A DNA stretch of 64,000 bases from Clostridia bacterium (GTDB lineage: Bacteria > Bacillota > Clostridia > Christensenellales > CAG-138), in contig JAFQXA010000034.1 in assembly GCA_017407205.1 (NCBI GenBank), positions 35,584-99,583 on the forward strand, in the 5' to 3' direction. The notes beneath the pieces are model-generated. The model ran no database searches. It was not told the origin of the DNA and saw only the letters and a program-made list of their open reading frames with translations. The translations under genes and the position numbers were made by a program. Within the stretch, counting starts at the first letter, position 1; every line of letters begins with the position of its first letter. Shown one piece after another: positions 1 through 8,379 of this stretch.

Positions 1-1094
1 AAAAGATTATGGAATGGTGAAAAGCGGTTTGAGAGCATTTCACCGGCGGTGATTCCTGCGGATATAATCTTAAAGTTTGAAAGTGAAGACATCAGTGGCA
101 TTGTTTTATTTTTCAATATGATCCTTCCGTCACGAAGCGAGAATGCTTCAAGATCGGGCTTTGTCTCAAATGCATCATCCATAAACTTTAAAAAATCTTT
201 TTCCTTGCACCTTAGAAGCTCCATATTCTGTTGTTTTTTTATTCTACCGCCCGACACGCGAATAAGCCTTGCAACAAAATGCCCCTCGCCTTTTGAATTA
301 TGCGGATAGAGTCTATGCATGAACTCAAGTTCAAACTCTGTAAAGCTATCCAAAAACCACGCAATTACCTGCTCATTCTCTTCTTCTGAAAACGTACAGG
401 TCGAGTATATGAGAGCACCGCCCAAGCTTACTGCTTCCTGTGCACTTGTCAGAATTTCACGCTGTCTGTTTGCACATGATATTACATGCTCCTTGGACCA
501 CTCCTGTACCGCTTTTTCATCGCGACGGAACATTCCCTCACCGGAGCAAGGTGCATCAATAAGCACCACATCAAAATATCCAGATAGTGCCCTGCACAGC
601 TTATCGGGGTGCGCTGATAAAACAACTGAGTTTGTAATACCAAGTCTTTCAAGATTCCCTGCAAGAATTTTTGCCCTGCTCGGAACAATTTCATTTGATA
701 CCAAAAGCCCCTCACCGCAAAGTCGTACTGCTACTCCTCCGCTTTTTCCGCCGGGTGCTGCACAAAGATCAAGAACTTTCATTCCGGGTACTATTCTTGC
801 AGCCTCAATCGGGCTCATGGCAGATGGCTCCTGCATATAATAAAGCCCCGCCAAGTGATACGGATCGTCTTTTACCTTTACATCACTTTTTAAAATAAAG
901 CCTTCTTCTAAAATTCCCGACTCTTCAAGAGAAAAATCCGACAGTTTTAAAAAATCCTCAACCGATATTTTTAAAGTATTAACACGCAAACCTCTTTTTG
1001 AAGGCTCATCATAGGAACGCAAAAAAGCGGTGAATTCATCACCTAACTGTTTCTTCATTCTTTCTATGAAGTTTTGAGGAAGTTTGCAAGTCAT
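1..1094 (-). CDS. rRNA m5C methyltransferase, NOL1/NOP2/Sun family (RsmF/RsmB-like); C-terminus runs off the window start
   Basis: Absent from the ORF track because it is open at the window edge. My reverse-strand translation from ATG (comp. 1092-1094) reads MTCKLPQNFIERMKKQLGDEFTAFL... It contains DLCAAPGGKS (SAM pocket), IDAPCSGEG and YSTCT (catalytic Cys motifs). The + strand ORFs 319-840 and 671-898 are its shadows. Confidence 0.85.
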   Translation of the reverse strand, partial: MTCKLPQNFIERMKKQLGDEFTAFLRSYDEPSKRGLRVNTLKISVEDFLKLSDFSLEESGILEEGFILKSDVKVKDDPYHLAGLYYMQEPSAMSPIEAARIVPGMKVLDLCAAPGGKSGGVAVRLCGEGLLVSNEIVPSRAKILAGNLERLGITNSVVLSAHPDKLCRALSGYFDVVLIDAPCSGEGMFRRDEKAVQEWSKEHVISCANRQREILTSAQEAVSLGGALIYSTCTFSEEENEQVIAWFLDSFTEFELEFMHRLYPHNSKGEGHFVARLIRVSGGRIKKQQNMELLRCKEKDFLKFMDDAFETKPDLEAFSLRDGRIILKNKTMPLMSSLSNFKIISAGITAGEMLSNRFSPFHNL

Positions 1095-1143
1095 GTGAAT
1101 ATATTATAGCAATACGGATTTCTTATCAAGCTTTTAATTGAAT

Positions 1144-1170
1144 ATCGGGGTGCAAAATATGCACCCCGAT
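1144..1170 (-). terminator. GC-rich hairpin downstream of the 99-aa ORF
   Basis: ATCGGGGTGCA-aaata-TGCACCCCGAT, a perfect 11-bp stem 25 nt after the stop at 1195. The following tract is T-poor, so it is not a textbook intrinsic terminator. Confidence 0.45.
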
Positions 1171-1194
1171 GCAGTTACTGCTTGCAAATCAATC

Positions 1195-1494
1195 TCAAGC
1201 ACTTCTGCTTTCATCCAATGTGCAGAAAAAAAGCTGGTTTGAATTAGATTCACGTTTTACAGTCTTAGGTCTGATACTTCTTGTATACTCATCAGTCAAG
1301 CAAGGTGAAACAGCTTTGCTGTATCTGTTTATGCTCGCCGCTTTTCGAGGCATGACCGCTACTTTTTCGCCGTAATAGCGTGTTTCCCTATGCTCGGACT
1401 CTTTCTTGTAGCTTTCCTCTACTGCTGCTGAGATTAACATTCCGATCAAAATGCCGGGAAGCAAAAAACTAAAAATAATACCTATAATGTTCAT
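1195..1494 (-). CDS. small membrane protein (99 aa): N-terminal TM helix, charged/basic tail; function unknown
   Basis: N-terminus is MNIIGIIFSFLLPGILIGMLISAAV, followed by a polar tail. AAGGAGGA RBS at comp. 1497-1505. Driven by a consensus promoter with an operator in its spacer (see 1593-1622). Confidence 0.6.
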   Translation of the reverse strand: MNIIGIIFSFLLPGILIGMLISAAVEESYKKESEHRETRYYGEKVAVMPRKAASINRYSKAVSPCLTDEYTRSIRPKTVKRESNSNQLFFCTLDESRSA

Positions 1495-1515
1495 TTGTTT
1501 TCCTCCTTAATTCTT

Positions 1516-1532
1516 GTATCTTGCTAAGATAC
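1516..1532. promoter_or_regulatory. operator-like perfect palindrome, copy 1
   Basis: GTATCTTgctAAGATAC (core GTATCT-N5-AGATAC). Lies between the predicted TSS and the RBS of the 99-aa ORF. Confidence 0.55.
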
Positions 1533-1551
1533 TTTGTTTTTTTAAAATTAT

Positions 1552-1569
1552 CCCGAGGTTCCCCTCGGG
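1552..1569 (-). other. GC hairpin in the predicted 5' UTR of the 99-aa ORF
   Basis: CCCGAGG-ttcc-CCTCGGG, a 7-bp perfect stem. Sits between the divergent promoters. Role unknown. Confidence 0.35.
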
Positions 1570-1592
1570 GTTTCCTGTCCTGCTATGTTTGT

Positions 1593-1622
1593 ATTATAGT
1601 ATCTCATCAAGATACTTGTCAA
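1593..1622 (-). promoter_or_regulatory. consensus sigma-A promoter for the 99-aa ORF
   Basis: The reverse strand reads TTGACA (comp. 1617-1622), an 18-nt spacer, then TATAAT (comp. 1593-1598). Confidence 0.7.
1598..1616. promoter_or_regulatory. operator-like perfect palindrome, copy 2, filling the promoter spacer
   Basis: AGTATCT-catca-AGATACT. Occupies essentially the whole -35/-10 spacer of the promoter at 1593-1622. Confidence 0.6.
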
Positions 1623-1664
1623 CAGTTTTTTTACAAAAAATTGAGATTTTCGAGAAACATCCTC

Positions 1665-1693
1665 TTGAATTATGTTTCCTCATAAGATACAAT
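1665..1693 (+). promoter_or_regulatory. promoter of the LexA-like gene with an imperfect third operator copy
   Basis: TTGAAT (1665-1670), a 17-nt spacer, then TACAAT (1688-1693). GTTTCC-tcata-AGATAC (1674-1690) overlaps the spacer and -10. Confidence 0.5.
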
Positions 1694-1749
1694 ATAAACA
1701 TCGAAAACAGAAACCAACTCATTTCAAGATAAAAACAGAGGTGAATTAT

Positions 1750-2379
1750 ATGAACAGAGTTAAAGAGCTTCGTATGCTTCACGGATTTACCCAAGACGAG
1801 CTTGGCGAAAGGCTTGGAATACAAAAAGCTGCTGTCAGCAAGTACGAAACGGGCCGTGTTCCGCTTCCGCCCGATACTTTAATGAAGCTTTGCGATATTT
1901 TTTCAGTATCGGCGGACTATCTTCTCGGTCGTGATAAGGTAACTCCGTTGTTTAAAAAGAGCCATTCCCTATCAAGCTCCTTCTCCCCGATTACGGAAAC
2001 TGTCGGTGTTCCTCTTGTCGGCAAAGTACACGCAGGACTACCCATGCTCGCAGAAGAAAACATAACCGAATACATTCCTACCCCGGCAGACGATGTTGCA
2101 GTTGACGAGTATTTTTACATGGAGGTTGAAGGTGACTGCATGACGGGTGACTTCATCCCTGAAGGTGCACTTGTATTGGTCAGAATGCAGCCCATGGTTG
2201 AAAACTCGCAAATCGCAGTTGTGCGTCTTGATAACGAAGTTCTGCTTCGTCGTGTTAAACGCCTTGACAAGCACCTTGTTTTGATACCGTCCAATCCAAA
2301 ATATGAGCCTATGATTGTGTCTGGCAATGATGCAAAAATAGTTGGTCGTGTCGTAGAGGTAAGAATACGCGGTCTGTAA
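1750..2379 (+). CDS. LexA-like autocleavable repressor: XRE-type HTH plus S24 peptidase domain
   Basis: The ORF track starts at 1672. I prefer ATG 1750 (MNRVKELRMLHGFTQDELGERLGIQKAAVSKYETG is an XRE HTH). C-terminal half has VGKVHAGLP (Ala-Gly cleavage site), EGDCMTG (LexA GDSM position) and LRRVKR (catalytic Lys region). Confidence 0.85.
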   Translation: MNRVKELRMLHGFTQDELGERLGIQKAAVSKYETGRVPLPPDTLMKLCDIFSVSADYLLGRDKVTPLFKKSHSLSSSFSPITETVGVPLVGKVHAGLPMLAEENITEYIPTPADDVAVDEYFYMEVEGDCMTGDFIPEGALVLVRMQPMVENSQIAVVRLDNEVLLRRVKRLDKHLVLIPSNPKYEPMIVSGNDAKIVGRVVEVRIRGL

Positions 2380-2396
2380 ATCAATGCTGAAACAAT

Positions 2397-2440
2397 AAAG
2401 AACGAAGGCACTGTTTGAAGCGTCTTCGTTCTTTTTATTT
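2397..2440. terminator. bidirectional intrinsic terminator between convergent genes
   Basis: AAAGAACGAAG ...16 nt... CTTCGTTCTTT, followed by TTATTT. Confidence 0.7.
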
Positions 2441-2452
2441 GCAAAAGAGTTC

Positions 2453-2650
2453 TTATTTTGACTTGTAGTACAAAAGGCAATGGCAAAAGCCTTCAAAGTC
2501 GGGATCTTTAATCTGGTCACGGAATTCCTTGCACATACACTTATTATCCTCGGTTCTCTCAAGCCTGCACGGGCAATATCCGCCCGTTTTTTCAAGACCT
2601 TCTTTTATTGCATTTACGATTTCAGCATCCGCATTAAATGTTACTTTCAT
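2453..2650 (-). CDS. ferredoxin-thioredoxin reductase catalytic-subunit-like small Cys protein
   Basis: 65 aa with the CPC...CMC...CHC spacing (GGYCPCRL, KCMCKEF, GFCHCLLY) typical of the FTR beta family. Confidence 0.6.
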   Translation of the reverse strand: MKVTFNADAEIVNAIKEGLEKTGGYCPCRLERTEDNKCMCKEFRDQIKDPDFEGFCHCLLYYKSK

Positions 2651-2706
2651 ATTTTACTCCTTGTTCTTTTAAAATCAAAAGTCTGCTGTAAAAGCAGGCT
2701 TTTATA

Positions 2707-3558
2707 CTATTTTTCAATGAACAGTACACCCAATGTGTTAGGACCGCAATGGCTGGAAATTACACAACCTGCACGAGTAACAAGAATTTCATTAAATACA
2801 TTCAAGCTTTCAAGGTATGTTTTTACCTCGCTTATAGTGTTTTCATCACAGCCCGAGTGCGTTATGAACACACGGTCGCCTTTTGCATTTTTAATTGCAT
2901 CTTCCATATCTGCTGCATACTGCATTATAACCTTTGATATGTTGCCGCGATACTTCTTTCCCGGCAACATTTTTCCGTCAACAACCGCGATTTTGGGATG
3001 AAGCTTCAATGCACTGCCTGCAAGTGCCGCAATGCCGCTGCATCTGCCACCGCGATAAAGATATGTCAAAGTATCGACAACAAAGCTTGAACGTACCTTG
3101 GTTTTGAGAGTATTCATCGCTTCTGCTATATCACGAGCACTCTTTCCTTCTCTTGCCATTATAGCTGCTTCGATCACCTGCAAACCAATACCAGTTGACA
3201 GGTTTTCGGAATCGACTACAAAAATTCTGTCCTTTGCATTGAGTTCTTCAACGACAAGACGCATTACATTTGCAGTAGTTGACATATGCCCCGATATCGA
3301 AAAACACACAACATCATCGCCTGCATCCAAATACTCTTTAAACGCATCCGCTGCAGCATCAAAAGAAAGTGCCGAAGTTTTGGGAGTAGCCTTATTCTTA
3401 TCCGACCAGACATATATATCATCGGGAGTTATCGTCAAGCCGTCTTCATACTCATCCTCACCCAAAACTATATGCAAGGGCAAAATGCATATGCCATACT
3501 TTTCGACAAGTTCAGGCGATAAATCGCAAGTACTGTCAGAAATGATTTTTACACTCAT
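2707..3558 (-). CDS. DegV family fatty-acid-binding protein
   Basis: 283 aa. N-terminus KIISDSTCDLSPELVEKYGICILPLHI is characteristic of DegV. Confidence 0.85.
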   Translation of the reverse strand: MSVKIISDSTCDLSPELVEKYGICILPLHIVLGEDEYEDGLTITPDDIYVWSDKNKATPKTSALSFDAAADAFKEYLDAGDDVVCFSISGHMSTTANVMRLVVEELNAKDRIFVVDSENLSTGIGLQVIEAAIMAREGKSARDIAEAMNTLKTKVRSSFVVDTLTYLYRGGRCSGIAALAGSALKLHPKIAVVDGKMLPGKKYRGNISKVIMQYAADMEDAIKNAKGDRVFITHSGCDENTISEVKTYLESLNVFNEILVTRAGCVISSHCGPNTLGVLFIEK

Positions 3559-3665
3559 TAAATTGTCCCTTTCTGTGCAATCTCATGCATTGAATAAATA
3601 AACAATAATAAAATGTTGCACGAGTACACTTCAACGTATAAATTCATACACATTATAGCATATAA

Positions 3666-3686
3666 AATATGTTTTTTAAACATATT
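3666..3686. other. AT-only inverted repeat between ligA and degV
   Basis: AATATGTTT-ttt-AAACATATT. Lies just upstream of a TATAAT (comp. 3652-3657) for degV. Could be a weak ligA terminator or an operator. Confidence 0.25.
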
Positions 3687-3729
3687 CGCACTTTAAAAAC
3701 AAAAACTTTACTTTTTATCCCAACTAAAA

Positions 3730-5691
3730 TTAAAGACCAATCATTTCGAAAAATTCACTTTCGTTTAAAACGCTGATTCCAAGCTCATTTGCTTTTGTAA
3801 GCTTGCTGCCTGCATTTTCGCCCGCTATAACCATATCAGTTTTCTTACTTACACTTCCTGCTGCTTTGCCTCCCAAAGAAATAATAAGCTCTTCTATTTC
3901 TTTTCTGCCCATTCTGGTCATTGTTCCTGTTACAACGAGAGTTTTGCCGCTTATAACGCTTTGTGTTATTTCTTCATCCTCCTGTGGACTTACGCCAAGA
4001 CTTAAAAGCTTATCTATCTGCTCACTCTTTTTCTCGTCCTGAAAGAAATCAATTATACTTTTAGCAACAATCTCTCCTACATCATCTATCTTTAAAAGCT
4101 CTTCCATGCTTGCATTTCTTATATTCTCAAGCGTTTTAAAATGCCTTGCAATATCACTTGCCGTCTTTGAACCGACATTGGGTATGCCTATTGCAAACAC
4201 AAAAGCAGAAAGCGGCCTTGTCTTTGATTTTTCAAGTGCCATTAGCAAATTCTGAGCCTTCTGCTCACCAAAGCCTTCAAGCGGTACAAGAGAAGCCTTA
4301 TCAAGCATATAAAGCTGTGCTACTTTAGTTATACCAAGCTTTTCCACAAGCAAAGCTGCTGTTTTTTCAGAAAGTGATTCTATATCCATCGCAGAGCGTG
4401 AAGCAAAGTGTGCAATGGATGCCGATATTTGCGGAGGACACGAAAGTGTGTTTGTGCAGAATATATGTGCCCCTCGTTCCTCGATGCGTGCACCGCACGC
4501 AGGGCATACATCGGGTTTTTCTACAGGGTTTTCAGGAAGTTTATCCTCTACCGCACCGAGTATTTCCGGAATTACATCATTGCTTCGCCTTATAAACACC
4601 TTAGTTCCCAAACCGACCTTTTTCCTGCATATATCGCCCCAATTATTAAGGGTAGCGTGACGAACCGTTGCACCGCAAAGTTCTACAGGTTCAAGGTGTG
4701 CTCTTGGTGTGAGCTTACCGGTTCTGCCAACCTCCCACGTTACGTCGAGCAATGTAGTGGTAGCTTCTTCTGCCGCAAACTTATATGCCATTGCCCATCT
4801 TGGGAATCTGTCCGTCGCACCAAGCTTTTCACGCGTTTTAAAATCACGCACCTTTATTACCATGCCGTCTATCAAAAAGTCAAGTTTTTCTCTTTCTTCT
4901 TCGGCATTATCAATTTCATTTGCTAAATCATCTATCGAATCAAATACTTTTACATAGTCACTGACAGGAAAGTCGTTTTCTTTCAAAAACTCAATCATTT
5001 CCGCATGATTATTAAGTTCCTTGCCTTCTATGTAGCCGATATTATAACAAGCACAGTCAAGCTGTCTTTTAGCCGTTATTTTCGGATCCAAGTTTCGAAG
5101 TGCACCTGCCGCCGCATTTCTTGCATTTTTGAGCGTATCCTCGCCCTTTTCGTTGAGCCTGTCAAGCACGGACAAACGCATATAGCATTCGCCCTGAACT
5201 TCCATTTTGCCCTTGAATTTTATAGTGAGCGGCAGTGAACGTATCGTCATTATCTGGGGCAATATTGCCTCTCCCGTTATTCCGTTTCCGCGTGTAGCAC
5301 CGCCAACAAGCTTTCCGTCCTCATATGTCAAGTTTACGGTAAGACCATCAAACTTATACTCAAGTGCGTATGTAACGGGCGGTACATTTTCATCCTTCAA
5401 AAGAGATTTTACACGGTTTGCCCAAGCATTTAAATCTTCTTTAGTTTTAACCTTATCAAGACTCCAGAGCCTTGCAATATGGGTATGGGGCTCAAAGTAC
5501 GGCAAAACCTCGCCGCCTACACGTCTTGTAGGTGAATCGTCAAGCACAATGCCGCTTTCTTTTTCGAGCATCAAAAGCTCATCAAAAAGCTTATCGTATT
5601 CACCGTCTGAAACAAGCGGAGTATCAAGCACATAGTAAGCCCTTGAATATTTGTTTAAAAGCTCAACAAGCTCCCTCATGCGTTTTTCCAT
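3730..5691 (-). CDS. ligA: NAD-dependent DNA ligase
   Basis: 653 aa. Has the KxDG adenylation motif (EYKFDGLTVNL), a 4-Cys zinc finger (CPACGARIE...CTNTLSCP), HhH and a C-terminal BRCT. Confidence 0.97.
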   Translation of the reverse strand: MEKRMRELVELLNKYSRAYYVLDTPLVSDGEYDKLFDELLMLEKESGIVLDDSPTRRVGGEVLPYFEPHTHIARLWSLDKVKTKEDLNAWANRVKSLLKDENVPPVTYALEYKFDGLTVNLTYEDGKLVGGATRGNGITGEAILPQIMTIRSLPLTIKFKGKMEVQGECYMRLSVLDRLNEKGEDTLKNARNAAAGALRNLDPKITAKRQLDCACYNIGYIEGKELNNHAEMIEFLKENDFPVSDYVKVFDSIDDLANEIDNAEEEREKLDFLIDGMVIKVRDFKTREKLGATDRFPRWAMAYKFAAEEATTTLLDVTWEVGRTGKLTPRAHLEPVELCGATVRHATLNNWGDICRKKVGLGTKVFIRRSNDVIPEILGAVEDKLPENPVEKPDVCPACGARIEERGAHIFCTNTLSCPPQISASIAHFASRSAMDIESLSEKTAALLVEKLGITKVAQLYMLDKASLVPLEGFGEQKAQNLLMALEKSKTRPLSAFVFAIGIPNVGSKTASDIARHFKTLENIRNASMEELLKIDDVGEIVAKSIIDFFQDEKKSEQIDKLLSLGVSPQEDEEITQSVISGKTLVVTGTMTRMGRKEIEELIISLGGKAAGSVSKKTDMVIAGENAGSKLTKANELGISVLNESEFFEMIGL

Positions 5692-5705
5692 ACTTCTTAC
5701 CTCTC

Positions 5706-7931
5706 CTATATCTTCTCTATCGGAGCATATGCCGCCGCAAAGTTTTTAATTTTTCCGTCTGCAAAATGTATGTTGACAACCATTGTGCTTCCTGTTCCGG
5801 ATACATTCACAACAGTACCCTCGCCAAACTGCGCGTGGCGTACCTTATCGTTTACACTAAACTGCTTTGCGACAGGTGATTGCGCAGTTTTCGGTTTTGA
5901 AGCAACAGTTTCCGTCTTTTTTGTAAGCATATGAGCTGACGCGTGCTGCGGATAAAGCGCGCTTGAGCTGCCACCAAAGCTGCTCAGAGTAGCCTGCTGT
6001 TTTTTGGGTTGCGGCATTTCGATGAGCTCAGGTGGGATCTCATCAACAAACCTTGAACGCCTATTGCTTGAATAGGAGCCGAAAAGCATACGCGTTTCGC
6101 ACGAGATAAGATACAGTTTTTGTTTTGCTCTTGTTATACCGACATAGCAAAGTCTACGCTCTTCTTCCATATCATCAAGTGAAAGCCTTGCATTTGCCCT
6201 TGATGAAGGGAATATATTTTCTTCCATAGCCGCAATGAAAACGCGTTCAAACTCAAGACCCTTTGCACTGTGAAGTGTCATAAGTGATACGGTATCATTT
6301 TCATCATTCATGCCGTCAATATCAGAGACCAGTGCAACATTTTCAAGAAACGCCTGCAAAGCGGTAATTTCCGAGTCCTCATCCACATCCTTCTCGATTT
6401 CTGCAATGTTACCGACAAGTTCTCTCAAGTTGTCCATTCTGCCTTCGGTTTCGCCTTTTTTGTCCTCACTTCTTAAGTATGCCTCATAACCTATATGATT
6501 TATGAGCTCCTCAGTAAACAAAGACAGCGGCATCGTTGCACACATTGCCATAAGCTCTGCCATCGTATCCGTAAACGAACGCAATTTTGAAGCCGTTTTG
6601 GAGTCAAGCCCCGTGTCATCCATTGCGGCAACAAATAATGACTCGCCCATTTCTTCGGCTTTGTCTGCAAGCTTTTTCAAAGTTGAATCGCCTATACTGC
6701 GTTTTGGTACGTTAACTATACGCAGGAACGAAACATCGTCATTCGGGTTGTATATGAGCCTTAAATAAGCAAGAATATCCTTGATTTCTTTTCTTTCAAA
6801 GAATCGCATTCCGCCATAAACCTTATGCGGTATGCCGTAATTTATAAGCGTACTTTCAAGCACACGGCTCTGTGCGTTCATGCGGTAAAGAATTGCATGG
6901 TCGCTGTATTTTGCACCGTTTTTTACATTTTGAAGTATGGTTTTACAGATGTACGAAGCTTCCTCCCTCTCTGTCGGCACAAGCTCATACGTGATTTTTT
7001 CGCCACCCTTTTTATCCGTCCACAAGGTCTTTGATTTTCTGCCCGTATTGTTTTTAATAACGGCATTGGCAGCATCAAGTATCTGCGAGGTTGAACGGTA
7101 ATTCTGCTCAAGGCGAATTACCTTTGCACCTTTAAAATCCTTTTCAAAGTCAAGTATATTGCGTATATCCGCACCACGCCAGCCGTATATACTCTGGTCA
7201 TCATCACCGACAACACATATATTTGAGTGCTCACGGCATAAAAGCTCAATAAGCTCATACTGCACAGCGTTTGTATCCTGATACTCATCCACTAAAACAT
7301 ACTTGAATTTTTTTCTGTACTTTTCAAGCACATCAGGATTTTTCTTTAAAAGCTCAACAACCTTCAAAAGCAAATCATCAAAGTCAAAAGCGTTAGCCTC
7401 TTTCAAACGCTTCTGATACCTTTTGAAAACCTCGATTGTAAGGTCATCTGCAAAGCTTTCTTCAAGATAAGCAACGGGGTCATTTGCCATATTCTTGGCA
7501 TCACTTATCATCTCTTTAATCTGACGCTTGGGCACATTCTTGTCATTTTTGCCCATCTGCTTCAAGATATCTGTAATGAGATTCATCTGGTCGCCATCGT
7601 CGTATATAAGGAAATTACGCTCATAGCCTATTTTATCAGCGTCAAATCGAAGCATCTTTGTACAGCAGGAGTGAAACGTCATAACCCACATATCGGCAGC
7701 AGAAGCTGAAACAAGCGCTTCGGTTCTTTCACGCATTTCCCTTGCTGCCTTGTTTGTAAACGTAAGTGCCAGAATATTCCACGGTGCAACACCGTGCTGT
7801 ATAAGGTTTGCTATTCTGTATGTTAAAACGCGCGTCTTTCCGCTTCCTGCACCTGCAAGCACAAGCAAAGGGCCTTCAAGGCACTCAACCGCTTCACGCT
7901 GGGGCTTATTCAAAACAGATAAATCATGCAT
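5706..7931 (-). CDS. pcrA: ATP-dependent DNA helicase PcrA (UvrD/Rep SF1)
   Basis: 741 aa. Has Walker A GAGSGKT, VDEYQDTN, QNYRS, and a TLHSAKGLEF...VGITRAK motif set. Confidence 0.95.
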   Translation of the reverse strand: MHDLSVLNKPQREAVECLEGPLLVLAGAGSGKTRVLTYRIANLIQHGVAPWNILALTFTNKAAREMRERTEALVSASAADMWVMTFHSCCTKMLRFDADKIGYERNFLIYDDGDQMNLITDILKQMGKNDKNVPKRQIKEMISDAKNMANDPVAYLEESFADDLTIEVFKRYQKRLKEANAFDFDDLLLKVVELLKKNPDVLEKYRKKFKYVLVDEYQDTNAVQYELIELLCREHSNICVVGDDDQSIYGWRGADIRNILDFEKDFKGAKVIRLEQNYRSTSQILDAANAVIKNNTGRKSKTLWTDKKGGEKITYELVPTEREEASYICKTILQNVKNGAKYSDHAILYRMNAQSRVLESTLINYGIPHKVYGGMRFFERKEIKDILAYLRLIYNPNDDVSFLRIVNVPKRSIGDSTLKKLADKAEEMGESLFVAAMDDTGLDSKTASKLRSFTDTMAELMAMCATMPLSLFTEELINHIGYEAYLRSEDKKGETEGRMDNLRELVGNIAEIEKDVDEDSEITALQAFLENVALVSDIDGMNDENDTVSLMTLHSAKGLEFERVFIAAMEENIFPSSRANARLSLDDMEEERRLCYVGITRAKQKLYLISCETRMLFGSYSSNRRSRFVDEIPPELIEMPQPKKQQATLSSFGGSSSALYPQHASAHMLTKKTETVASKPKTAQSPVAKQFSVNDKVRHAQFGEGTVVNVSGTGSTMVVNIHFADGKIKNFAAAYAPIEKI

Positions 7932-7974
7932 ATAAATACCTCTTGTTTCTCATTCGTAATTCTTATTGTATACT

Positions 7975-8379
7975 TTAAAAGAAAGCGTTTTCAATATGAT
8001 TTACCGTATTATCATCAAGGTAAACCTCAACAACATCAAATCTTCCGTAAAAGTCTTTAAAACGCTTATCAAGCATAAAGACGGACGCCGCCTTTTTTAT
8101 ATTGTTCTGCTTTTGTTTTGTTACTGCTTCCTTGGGTAAGCCATACTTTTCGCCTTTTTTTCTTGCCTTTACTTCAATAAACACTACAATGTCTTTATAG
8201 AGCATTATTATATCTATTTCGCAACGCAAAACCCTATAGTTCTTTGCAAGAAGCTTGTAACCTTTCTTTTTAAGGTATTTCAAAGCAAGCTCCTCACCGT
8301 AATTCCCCTTTTGCCTGTTGCCGAAAATTTCTGTTTGAGTATTGCTTTTCTTCAGTTTCTGAAAAAACGCCTTAAGCAT
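7975..8379 (-). CDS. YraN family (UPF0102) endonuclease-like protein
   Basis: 134 aa. GEELALKYL...CEIDIIM...FIEVKAR pattern. Overlaps the rnhB end by 8 nt. Confidence 0.8.
   Translation of the reverse strand: MLKAFFQKLKKSNTQTEIFGNRQKGNYGEELALKYLKKKGYKLLAKNYRVLRCEIDIIMLYKDIVVFIEVKARKKGEKYGLPKEAVTKQKQNNIKKAASVFMLDKRFKDFYGRFDVVEVYLDDNTVNHIENAFF

Noticed and set aside
319-898. Plus-strand ORFs of 173 aa and 75 aa
   Set aside because: They are low-complexity, Ser/Cys-rich shadow frames opposite a minus-strand gene with clear methyltransferase motifs.
1495-1750. Canonical Firmicutes LexA (Cheo) box CGAAC-N4-GTTCG
   Set aside because: The closest string, CGAAAACAGAAAC (~1710), is not palindromic. 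The repressor has an XRE rather than a LexA DNA-binding domain, so a different operator is expected.
2038-2595. 185-aa and 123-aa minus-strand ORFs overlapping the LexA-like gene
   Set aside because: They are antisense shadows with no RBS, they cross the terminator hairpin, and their composition is implausible.
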